Assembly: GCA_015680685.1 (NCBI GenBank)
Contig: MNCI01001429.1
Location: 189,171 to 253,170, forward strand
Source of the DNA: Gnetum montanum
Lineage: Eukaryota > Plantae > Gnetophyta
Direction: 5' to 3'
Length of the DNA: 64,000 bases
A program made the translations under genes and the position numbers. The notes below the pieces were generated by a model that was not told the DNA's origin, searched no databases, and saw only the letters and a list, made by a program, of their open reading frames with translations. Positions 13,701 to 24,179 of this stretch are shown piece by piece (positions within the stretch are counted from its first letter, which is position 1; each line of letters begins with the position of its first letter).

Positions 13701-14759
13701 TGCTGCTATTTCAAGAATACTAATGACTGTTATATAATATTGTTGTTATATGTTGATGATATGCTAGTTGCAGGGACTAGCATGAAGGAGATCAATAGCT
13801 TAAAGCAGCATTTGGCAAGAAAATTTGAGATGAAAGACTTGGGGCCAGCTAAGCAGATACTTGGGATGAGAATATCTAGAGATAGATCAGAGGGATTGCT
13901 GAAGCTATCTCAAGAAAAGTACATAGGAAAGTTGCTGAAAAAGTTTAGTCTTCAAGATGCCAAGATCAGAAATACTCCTATGGGAAGCCATGTTCATCTC
14001 TCTAAGGAGCAGGCACCAAAGACAGATGAGGAGAGAAAACACATGGCCAAAGTACCTTATGCTTCAGCAGTTGAAAGCTTGATGTATGCTATGGTATGTA
14101 CTAGGCTAGACATAGCTCATGCAGTGGGAGTTGTTAGCAGGTTTATGTCTGATCCAGGAAGGGAGCATTGGGAAGCTGTAAAGTGGCTCCTAAGATATCT
14201 GAAAGGAACTTCAAGTATGACACTTTGTTTTAAAAGGAGCAGCATTACTCTATAGGTTTTTTCTAATGCAGATCTGGGAGGTGACTTGGATAGCAGGAAG
14301 AGTACCACTAGTTGTCTCTTTACCATGGCAACACGGCTGTGAGCTGGATGACTCGACTTCAGTAGAGCATTACTCTTTCAACCACAGAAGCAGAATATAT
14401 GGCTATCTCAGAAGTTGGAAAAGATATGATCTGGTTGAAGGGTGTTTTAAAAGAATTGGGTAAGACACAGGACAATAATGAGCTTTTCACTGACAGTCAA
14501 AGTGCCATACATCTAGCTAAAAATCCAGTCTTCCATTTCAAATCCAAACACATTTAGCTGAGGTATCATCATATTCAGAAATTGATAGATGATGGAACAT
14601 TATTGCTGAGGAAGATTTCTAGTTCAAACAACCCTGCAGACATGTTAACCAAGGCAATTACCTTTGCTAAGCTAAAACTTTGCACAACCTTAGCATGCCT
14701 CCATGGTTAGCAATGAGGAGGCATTATTTTTTTGTTTGATCAGTCTCCAAGTGGGAGAT

Positions 14760-15135
14760 TGTTAAGTTAAGTGGTGACTGATCCAACACGGGTCAAAACC
14801 AATTAGCAGCAGTTAGAGCAATAGTTCTAGTAGTTAGAACAATAGTTAGTAGTAGTGAACAATAGTGAGCAATAGTTAGCAGTAGTTAAAAATAGTTAGA
14901 GCAATAGTTAACCAGTAGTTACTGGTTCCAGCAGTTAGTGATTCATGTCCAGTTTCCGTTCTCTTCCGTAACGGCCCAAAAACGTTCCTGTAACCATAGT
15001 TGTATCTAGCAATTATTATTTAATAACAATTCTCATGTATTTTCGGTGGTGTGCTTGCCTAAACACCACATAAAGCTATGTGTGTTGCTTGTGTTTTCTT
15101 TTTCTTTGGTTCTTTATCTGTTCCTGAATTTAACA
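14760..15135 (+). repeat. Copia 3' LTR
   Basis: Preceded by the PPT and followed by TSD GGACA. Confidence 0.96.
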
Positions 15136-16471
15136 GGACATATCACAGAAAGCGTACCATGGAAATTTGTATTCTCTATGTTCAATATTGATAGCTGCTT
15201 GTAGTTTGCTAGGGCTGTAGGTATGCTACTAGTGAGCCTGTTTTGAGAAATATCTAGGGAGAAAATTTACTAGATTTCCAATATTATCAGGAAGCATGCT
15301 AGTGAGCCTGTTTTGAGAAATATTAGGGAGAGCAAATTTACAAGATTTCCAATAGTATTGAGAATTTGGTCGCTCAACTAGTTACCTTTTAAGCTTACAT
15401 AGTATAGTTGAATCATGTTACCAATGCAATCTGGAATACAACCACTGATGTTTGAATACTCCACTATTAAATATCCCAGGTTTGTCAAAGAGCACAATCC
15501 TCTTGGCAAGGTTTGGATATTGTGTGATGACAACATGTTGAGATTGTGGATGGCCTTTGGAATTTCTTCCAAAGAAGTTAATCGAGGCATCATACTAATA
15601 TAGTCTGGTATTGTAAATGGAATACCTATAGTAAATAACGACAAATATTCAACCTGTTTTAGTTGACATATGCTTGTTATAGAATATGCCGATAAGCTAA
15701 ATGAGGTCAGCCACTTGAGCCTTCCCAACTCAGATGGAATATTTTCTGCCACCCTTTCTGCATCAAGGTTGAATTCAGTGAGTTTGCTCGGATTTCCTAA
15801 CTCCTTTGGAATGGAACCACTAAAGTAATATCCCTGCAACCATAGGCTACCAAGTTGTGAGAATTTTGCAAACTAGGAAGGTATTACGTCGCTTCTGTTG
15901 CCGAATGACAAATGAAGAGACTGCAAGCGGCTCAAGTTTGCCAGCTGGTACGAGATACTTCGACTCAGCGTGTCCAATGACAAACTAAGGTATGAAAACT
16001 CGTGAAGATTTCTGAACATAGGCGGAATTGAACTTGTGAAGCCACTTTCACCTGTGAACTACCAACGTTGAAGCTGTGATAGCCTTCTGAGGGACAAAGG
16101 TATGGAGTTGTTACCATCAGGGAGAAAGACAAGTCAAGATACTACAACCTGCTCAGATTTCCAAGCTATGATGGAATACCTCCATTCAGCTAACTTAACT
16201 TGAAACTTAGCTCTAATAAAAGGCTAAGATTTCCTAACTCCTTTGGAATTGAACTTGTGAAGCCCTCTCCTCAAAATGAGAAGCTTTTGAAGTTGTAATT
16301 TTTGGAGAGATGAAGGTATTGGGCTGCTTCCCATGAAGAATTAAAGATCAAGTTGTTGCAAGCGGCTGAGATTCCCAAGCTCACATGGAATAATGCCATT
16401 TAGTGTACATTCAAATGCAGCTCCCTTAAATTGGTAAGATTTCCCAATTTCCATGGGATACTACTTGTAAC

Positions 16472-18412
16472 TGTTGAGGTCAACCTCACCCATGCTAGGC
16501 ATGGGGCCATTATCAATGCACATGTAGAAAATTATAGTTGCAAAGTAGTCAAAATGCACAAATCAAATTCATAGAAATTCAACAAATGCTATACTGGTTT
16601 TATGTAAAAAGCAAAATATACACAAAAGGTCCTCAACCACACATAAATAAAATAAAATAAAAATTATGAATTTCAATTGCTAAATGAGCAAGCACTACAC
16701 CAGCACATGATAAATAGTGCACCACATGCTTTGCATAGACTTCTAAAAGATGACCTCAATGTAACCTATCAATCATGCTGTTGGTACCAATTGCCCCTTG
16801 GAGAGAGAAAGTGATATAAAGGAATTCTATTTAGAAAAGAAAAGAAATAAAATCAAGAGAAAAGATAAGCCACCTGAAAAATGCCAACAAAATAGCATAT
16901 CTTTAAATTATAAAACATGGTAATGATTGCATAATTTGTGCAAGTCTAATGAATTGATTTTCATATTTTTTTAAAAAAGAATTACATATTTACAAACGTT
17001 TGTTAAAAGATTTGTAACAGTGATGCAACGTGTTGACAACGAATGACAGTTTAGGGTTAGGGTTTCTCCCGCAAGGTTGTTATAAAGAGGGGGCAGCAAG
17101 AAACAGCAAGAACCAGGGAATTGGCAACAGGGTCTGGTGGCCAATCGTTCTTTTTGAAACGGTAGCGGCTGGCAATGCATGTCCATTAGCAGCTACTGTT
17201 TTATTTTGTTCTTCTGTTTTCTCTGGCCACATGCAACCCATAATTTAGCCTCTTGTTGCTACGAGCGGTGCACATCTGACAACAACGCACCTGTAGATGG
17301 TGGCCTTCTCTCTGGATGCTGGGGTAATGACAGACGCCTGTATTGAGTGAGCAAGACGTGACGGACACATCGACGGCTGCAACCACACCTGCATCTCAGC
17401 GACATACAGCAATATCAAAAAAGTTTGGCATTTTCAATTACAAATATTTAATATTTTCAGCATTTCAAAACATGTTACCGGTACATTGTGCTGTATATCA
17501 CTTTATGCACTAATTTGAAATTTTTTTTAATGCTTAAACTTTCATTGTTTTTTTTTATAATTCAAAGAGAAGTTTTTTTTTCTCCGGCTTTCAGATCTTC
17601 AAATCCTTAGATACTAATATATTGCATTCTTTAACTCGTAAATCATTTTCAATCGGGAAACTCCTTATGGTCCTGTTGCGTTGCCCTGTTTCATTATGTT
17701 GCCTTGATAAGTATAGTTTTGTTGCTTGCATTTGCAGCATAGTAGCAAGTATAAGTTTCTATCTATGGTAACACTACTAAAAATGTTTCATCCTTAGTGA
17801 CAACATCATCGCCATTGGCCAGTATTTAGTTTATGCTTACATGCAATTTGCTTGTTAAAATTTGGTAACTGCATTTGCTATCAGCGATGTGCCATTTTCT
17901 AATACACTGAAAATTGTTTAAGTATCTAAATTCAAAATAGTCGTTGCTTTGGAGTGGCGTTGTGTGTGACGTAGTACAGAAGGAATGAGTTTTACTTGTT
18001 AGTCATGACAATCTCTTAAAAGTTTTAGTCAACCTAGAGTCAGAGAAGTAATTTAAGACAAACTTTCACCATTATGATTTCTCCGTAAAACGCATAGGGG
18101 ATCACATATTGTTTAAGCTCTGAGGAATTGAATTTTTATAACAGAATCTTGAAGTTTGATGTTACAGACATATGAAAGGTTGTGCATCTTTACTACCAGC
18201 TTATTAACCGAGTTTTATTTTCATTAATGTTGTTATACATATGGTTAAGAATATTTCATTTAGTGGACTTTATTATTATTATTATTATTATTGTCACATA
18301 GCCCTTTCCAGCTGAGACTATTCCTGGATTTCCGTACCCATACGGGAGGCGCCCTAGGCAATAGTCTCTTCACATCACAGGTGTTTGCGTGTCCAAAATT
18401 TACACATCAATA
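16472..18412 (+). mobile_element. Solo-LTR-like unit (TGTTG...CAACA family, copy 2) inserted in the RLP coding sequence
   Basis: TGTTG...CAATA termini with TSD GTAAC (16467-16471 / 18413-18417). The first ~37 bp and last ~115 bp are homologous to the ends of 10200-11017 in reverse orientation. TATAAA at ~17081. Confidence 0.87.
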
Positions 18413-19261
18413 GTAACATCATCTGCTTCCAATACTAGACTCTGAAGATGGAACATATTTCCCATTCAAGATGGTATGGAGTTTGAGAAGACATCAGCAT
18501 CCTTCCTTCCAGTACAGACTTAGTTTACAAAGTTGCCAAAATTTTCCTAACTCTCCTGGAATACCCCCTTTCAAATTGCTTATATCCAACAAAAGCTCCT
18601 AAAGAGATGTGAAATTTAGGAGCCAGGGAAATATGATTGAAAGCTGTTTTCCTTCTACCTCAATAAACAAGAGAAGAGCAGTTTCTAAAAGATTGAGGAA
18701 TGGGGCCTTGCATTGCTGTGAAATCAATACCTAGGTATTGCAACCGGCTGAGTCCACCAATGTCTTGAGCGATAGGACCAGGCAAGTAATTTTCAGAAAG
18801 ATCCAAATAGGACATAAATGTAAGATTGCATATATATGGAGACACCACACCTCTCTGAGAGCAATAAAACAGGTCCAAGCTTGCGACTCGGTGTTGATGC
18901 GAGGAATGAGAAGAGAATGATGAGCAACTGACTCCAGCCCAATTAATGCACACTCCATGAGCATTGTTGCGAGAACAATTAAAGAGGGAGTTATCAGGAT
19001 TGTCCTTAATTCCTGCTTTGAACTGCAAGAGGGCATTCACATCTGCATCTAAAGATGAAGATGAAGGTGATGCTGCAGAAACAGAAGCAGCTGATCCCAC
19101 CCAAAAAGCAGCAGCACAAAGAAGCAGCACTACAATCACCACTGCCATGACTTTGCCTCGTCTTATGTGTATTGCTAATGCAATTGCCATATCCGATTTT
19201 CTTGAGCAACTCTGTGCACCCAAAATTGAGTATGCAGAACAACTTAATATACACAGGGGCA

Positions 19262-19620
19262 ACGGTGACGTAGCTGAAAAGGGTGAATTAGGGCTTGCAA
19301 ATTAGAGTTTTACCGTTGTCATGAAAAATATTGTTGTCGATACAAATGCCGTGGGCAATGGTGTAGTTAGTGGAGTATGTTTGGCAAAGTCTTTCAGACT
19401 TGGAACAGCACCGAGAGAAAGAGAGTCTGAAGTCTTTTTAACATATTATTATTATTGAAGATGCTTTTGTCAAAGTCATGAATTGTCACGACGTGCAAAT
19501 AGACATGCCTGCGCCAAAAGTATAGAACCGTTTTTGCCACGATTCGGACTTTCGCAATGGTATTTAAAACTGAAAGCGATGTCTCATAAATTTACATTTT
19601 AACGGTTAATATATTTGACG
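19262..19620 (-). promoter_or_regulatory. Probable RLP proximal promoter with GACTTT/TGAC motif cluster
   Basis: Lies upstream of the RLP start and locally retains CpG. GACTTT occurs on the minus strand at 19386 and 19472, GGACTTTC at 19546, TGACG at 19266 and 19616. Confidence 0.45.
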
Positions 19621-19659
19621 GAGGAAACAGGGATTAGGTCATGTTTGGTTATAAGCCAA

Positions 19660-20260
19660 TTAAAGTAATTGGATTTTGTGATCTTTAACTTTTCTATGCT
19701 GAATGATTACTTGACTCTCTATGCATAACATAATAACAAAGGTGACAATGATAGAATTGGATGTGATGTAATAGATAAAGTAATATAGAACAAGGATGAT
19801 GAAGCTAGATATAAAGTAGGATACAAGGAATTGGAGAGAAGGAAAACATGTGACTTTTCTATTTTGAACAATTGGCCCTATCTTGATAAGATAACAATAA
19901 AGATGATAATGATGAAATCGAATGTGATCTAATAGATAATGTAACATAGAATAAGAGTAATGATAATGAAGCAATTGGAGCAACAAATTTTCTAATCCTA
20001 AATTTTCTATGTTGAATGATTGACTCTACATCCATTAGATGACAATAAACATGATGATAAAATTAAATGTGATGTGATATGATATAGTAGTAATAAAGTT
20101 GAACGTAACATAGGGTATAAGGTAATTAGAGTAAAGAAATTTCTAAACTAGACTATTCTCTATTAATAATTAATAAGATTGTAGTAAAGATGATGATAAA
20201 ATTAACTACCATAAATTGATAGGATAATAATAGTGGTGAAGGTGAATGGCACAAAATTGC
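19660..20260. repeat. Degenerate AT-rich tandem repeat, about four units of ~150-165 bp
   Basis: TTTCTAT...GATGATA...ATGTGAT...ATAGAT blocks recur near 19690, 19855, 20003 and 20155. Confidence 0.55.
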
Positions 20261-21846
20261 CTCTACTACATGACTAATGAAAAAGATAAATTAATAAAAA
20301 ATGTTTTTCAGTAATAGATAACATCAAGTAACATGTTTCTATATTGGCAACATAGTTCTTGGAAAGGGATGTCAATATTGAGTTTTGAATTCAACACCTT
20401 CAAGTACAATGTTATATGAAATAACTATCTAACCAACAATCAATACTTAATATTATGAAACTAAAACTAAAATTTTATATAAAAATATTATCAATATATT
20501 TGCTCAAATAAAAAGATGATAAACTCTACTACATTAAAAGAAGATAGAGAAGATAATTCACCTATAAATATAAGTCTAAGTTTGGATTAAGAGAACAACT
20601 ATTTGTACTAGTTTTAGACTATTGATTTTTCTGAAATAAGAAGATTCAAAATAATTTTTCATTTTATAGATTTTTTTAACTGCCTTATTTATCAAATGAT
20701 GTGGGAGGCTTAACTATAAAAAACTAATTTGTTTTTGGAATTTGTAGTTGTGATATCTTTGCAATCTAGATGGGTTTTGGGTTGATCTTGGGCTTCTTGG
20801 AAAGCTTGTTTTGCATTCTATAAGCCTGAAAAATGTTAGATTAATTGGAGTTTATTTAATGATTCAAATTTGGCTTGAAAAAGGAGTCTTAAATAAAACT
20901 TTTTAGTGTCCAAGGTAAAAATTGGTGATTTATGAGATGAATATCTTTGCAATTTGAGAGAGTTATGGAATGAGTAAATACTTGATACAAAGCTCTTTCA
21001 ATAATCTACCTAGTTGCAAAATTTGGACTTGATTTGAGTTAATTTGATCATTGAAATAAATTATAAAATAGTGGCCCCAAATGTGATCTTTAGACTTCTT
21101 GAAATGCAATGAAGTATGATGATGCATTGAACCTTGATGAATTGGTGAATGTTGATGAATGATCAATTAATGAATAAGTGATGAATCAGATGAATATGGA
21201 GAGAAATTTCGTAATCAAACTAATGTTCTTACCTCTTAATCAAATTACAACATAATATGGATATGTATTTATAGGAATTTGATGGGGCCATTATAACTAA
21301 GGAAGGGACAAGTCTACTTTCATGAAAAATGGGATAGGAATTGAAGAGAGAAGTAAGATTGTGGTCATTCTATTATTACATTCATCTATCAATCTTTTAA
21401 TAATAAAATAATAAATAGATTTTCCTATATTATCCTATATGATCTAAAAATAAAAATAAAAATTACGAAGCATTTGTTCCTATGTTACAAAAAGTTCTAA
21501 GTTGTCTCGTCTTGATCTTTGACTTTTTCCTTTTATCTTTATGTTTTCTCTTCAATTTGTTGTACTTTCAAATGTAGACATAATCTTCAATTACTTTGAA
21601 TTTTGGTTTGTAGAATTCATTTCTTCTTCTTATTTGAAATCCACAACATGGTCAATAAATATTGGTGAAGTGTGAATGTTCAAAGTGCATGGTAGAACTA
21701 ATATAGATATGTAAATGAAATAAAAAAGTTTAATTCAAAGGTAGTATGGATTTTTGCTCTAAGAAATAAAGATTTTCAAAATATTCATTTCACTTTTTTT
21801 TTTGCTAATGATGTTATACTTAAACAACTCTAAGATATTAACAAGT

Positions 21847-22014
21847 AAAGGATCATTAGCCAAAGGCTCAATATTCATCCTAATAAGGTAGAGTCCTAGT
21901 AGCATAGTAGATGAACGAAAGGCTAACTCCTTTTAAGTGGCTCTACAAAGGCTTGAACCTAGGTCTCACGACTAGAGAAACAAACACATTACCATCATTC
22001 CAAGTGGTGGTTCC
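21847..22014 (-). mobile_element. tRNA-derived SINE, Au-like, decayed
   Basis: Minus-strand A-box-like TGGAATGATGG (21992-22002) and B box GGTTCAAGCC (21950-21959) are 32 nt apart. The body has ...GAGCCACT...GGACTCTAC... and ends in CCTTT, recalling Au SINEs. No TSD found. Confidence 0.55.
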
Positions 22015-22790
22015 TTCTTAAGTTCTTAACTAGTATACCATGAATTTGATATTTTCTTCTAAAATATAAAAGGGAGTTGTTCATGCACAAATGTTCTTTA
22101 CACTCCCACAAGAATACACTTAGTTCATGGCCATAAACAGTCTTCAATTTCATATAACCTTAGAGCTTAAACCAATGATAATGACATAATGAAGCGCGAT
22201 CTCTAATCAAATGTAGGCTTAACCTATTGAATGCAAACTAGGAATGACATGGAAATCATAAAAGTGTAAGGATTTGAATGCTAAAAATGACTAGGTATTT
22301 ATCATTGGAAAAATGACTTAAGTAAAAATGTTGAAAAATAAACTAATTATGGAATGCACTATAAGCAATAGAATAAATTCGAAGTATAAAGAATGAGTAA
22401 AAGAACATAAAATATTAAATATGAGATGCTATGATATAGGGAGAAGGGTTTAGGTTTCCTTTACAAATAAGAAAAATGCTTTATTGATGAAAACAAAGTT
22501 GTTTTGCCCCCAAGTGTTAATAAAAATGTAAGTATGGAAAAACTAACAATAAGAGGTTAATAGAAAGAAAAATATGGATTTGAACCTTTGGAGGTTTGTT
22601 ACGTGGATGGAGAAACTATAGGAGCAATCCAAAATCAATTTCAAATTAAAACAAGGTTGTTTTGGCTAAGGGTCTTATCAGTGATGTTGGAGCTAAAAAG
22701 ATTTTAACTTTGGAAACTGACACTAATGTTAAAAAATTCTATCTCTAAGAGTTGATGTTGATGCTACTTTAGTGTTAGTCCTAGAGCTAT

Positions 22791-23695
22791 TGATCAATCC
22801 AAAAATTTTGAGCCAATAATATTGTAGTTACGATATTGTATTTGCGATGTCATAGATACATTAATGTATCTCAACATACGCCATCATATAAATGAGAACG
22901 CAGGGTGCATGCTAGTTTATATAAGCAATACTTGAGTGCATAGACCTGGAGTAGATTGATAGCCTAGTAACAAAAATTTTTCAGTTTGTTTTTTTGAATC
23001 CAGTATTGAGCAATGTGTTTTCATTGTATGACGTTTTGTAATTGAATGGAATCTTTATTTGAGTGTGATATACTTGGATGCATTGCATGACTAGCAATAA
23101 AAATCAAGATTACTCTACATCATTGTACAAACAGGTTAATTGAATGGAATCTTTATTTGAGTGTGATGTACTTGGATGCATGACTATTGTTTACTATTTT
23201 CATAGTTAATGTTTATGATTACTTGCAATTTACTTTTAACGTCATTAAGTAGAATGAATACAACTGATCTTGAACACGTTAAGTGTAACTACTTGGTAAC
23301 CTAGTAGTACTATCACTTAGTATGCCTAGTAGTGAGGTACTTGGTAATCCCAATAGTAGTTACATGAAGTTTAGGGTGTGATCAGAAGATTAGGACCAGC
23401 CACTCATCACTTAGGCTAGTTTAGATTTGTTTTACTATCACTTAGATTTAGAACTCTTTACTTTCACTTCATGATTATTATAAGCACAATGGCCAATACA
23501 ACATCAATATTATATACCTCACCGTGAGTTAAACCATACACATTGATTTTACTAACTCATGTGGGAAGATAATGATCGCGAACACTAACTAATTATTGGT
23601 ATAATCACATTGCCTTATCTATAGAGTTCAACGAGGATTGCACATGAACACTCATATCTTGTATGATTGGGTATTGGGTACTCCATTGTTCATCA
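22791..23695 (+). repeat. 5' LTR of copy B
   Basis: TGAT...CATCA, followed by the PBS; homologous to 34165-35049. Confidence 0.93.
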
Positions 23696-24179
23696 TTGGC
23701 ATCGTTGTCGAGGATAAGTTGATGTTATACTAAGTAATTAATTTTCCAAAGTTTGTTGTATCAAAACCTAACTCTAATCTTCACAACATTAATATAAAGC
23801 ATGTGTAACATAAATTGTCAAGAAACGATAACATGGCTTCACATAATGATCAATTATCACTTGCCAAGGAAACAAGAAAGAGTAGTGAAAGAATTGCTAA
23901 TGAAGAAGACTACGGAATGCCAATGCAGACACGTATTACTTATGCTCACACTGATCCATTCATCTAGACTTTACCTTCATATTCCATTAGGACAAACAAA
24001 TAAGGTGGAGACATATGTAAGGCAACATAGTTCTGCCTCTCAAATGTGTAGCACTAAACATGCTACAAACTGCTCTAAGAGGAACGCACTTGGACCAGAT
24101 TCAAGAAGGGTATCATGTGACTCAACACATGACTAGACCCTACGAACCTACAAAGGAGTAGATAAAAATAGATGCTGCT

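Larger units (their letters stand above)
9988..14710 (+). pseudogene. Copia gag-pol polyprotein, disrupted
   Basis: Starts MASKDGKVRIDKFNG. Zinc knuckle CWNCDKKGHFRNQC, protease WILDSGAS, integrase WHQKLGH...CEDC and SDNGGEY, RT QLDVKTAFLHG / YGLKQAPRQW / LLYVDDML, RNase H ending NPADMLTK. Carries stops, frameshifts and a nested insertion at 10200-11017. Confidence 0.95.
9580..15135 (+). mobile_element. Full-length Ty1/copia LTR retrotransposon (Tnt1/Tork-like) inserted in the RLP coding sequence
   Basis: Two 376-bp TG...CA LTRs and TSD GGACA (9575-9579 / 15136-15140). iMet-type PBS TGGTATTAGAGCC (9958-9970) and PPT AAGTGGGAGA before 14760. Domain order gag-PR-IN-RT-RH. Confidence 0.97.
8630..19190 (-). 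pseudogene. LRR receptor-like protein (RLP, no kinase domain) pseudogene in three pieces: 18413-19190, 15136-16471, 8630-9579
   Basis: Signal peptide (MAVVIVVLLLCAAAFWVG) and LRRNT cap (DVNALLQFKAGI...CINWAGVSC). Plant LxxLxLSxNxLxGxIP repeats (YLDLSENYLPGPI; DLSSNNLISEIPKSIGTLITLRLLNLSYNMLT). Island-like segment, GNxxLCG-type C-cap (ENECLCG), then hydrophobic WVNEHVSLMVFGLSYGGTIALYFCW and a stop at 8630. Multiple stops and frameshifts in all three pieces. Confidence 0.9.

Noticed and set aside
12894-14255. 453-aa ORF as a functional gene
   Set aside because: It is the RT segment of the disrupted copia polyprotein, and the upstream and downstream domains carry stops and frameshifts.
20375-20445. 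Second SINE head on the minus strand
   Set aside because: The box matches are too degenerate and there is no tail or TSD.
20600-21700. Another LTR on the minus strand (TATA-like at ~21266)
   Set aside because: No termini, TSD or second copy could be found in the window.
21950-22014. tRNA gene
   Set aside because: A and B boxes are present, but I could not form a cloverleaf or acceptor stem; a SINE head fits better.
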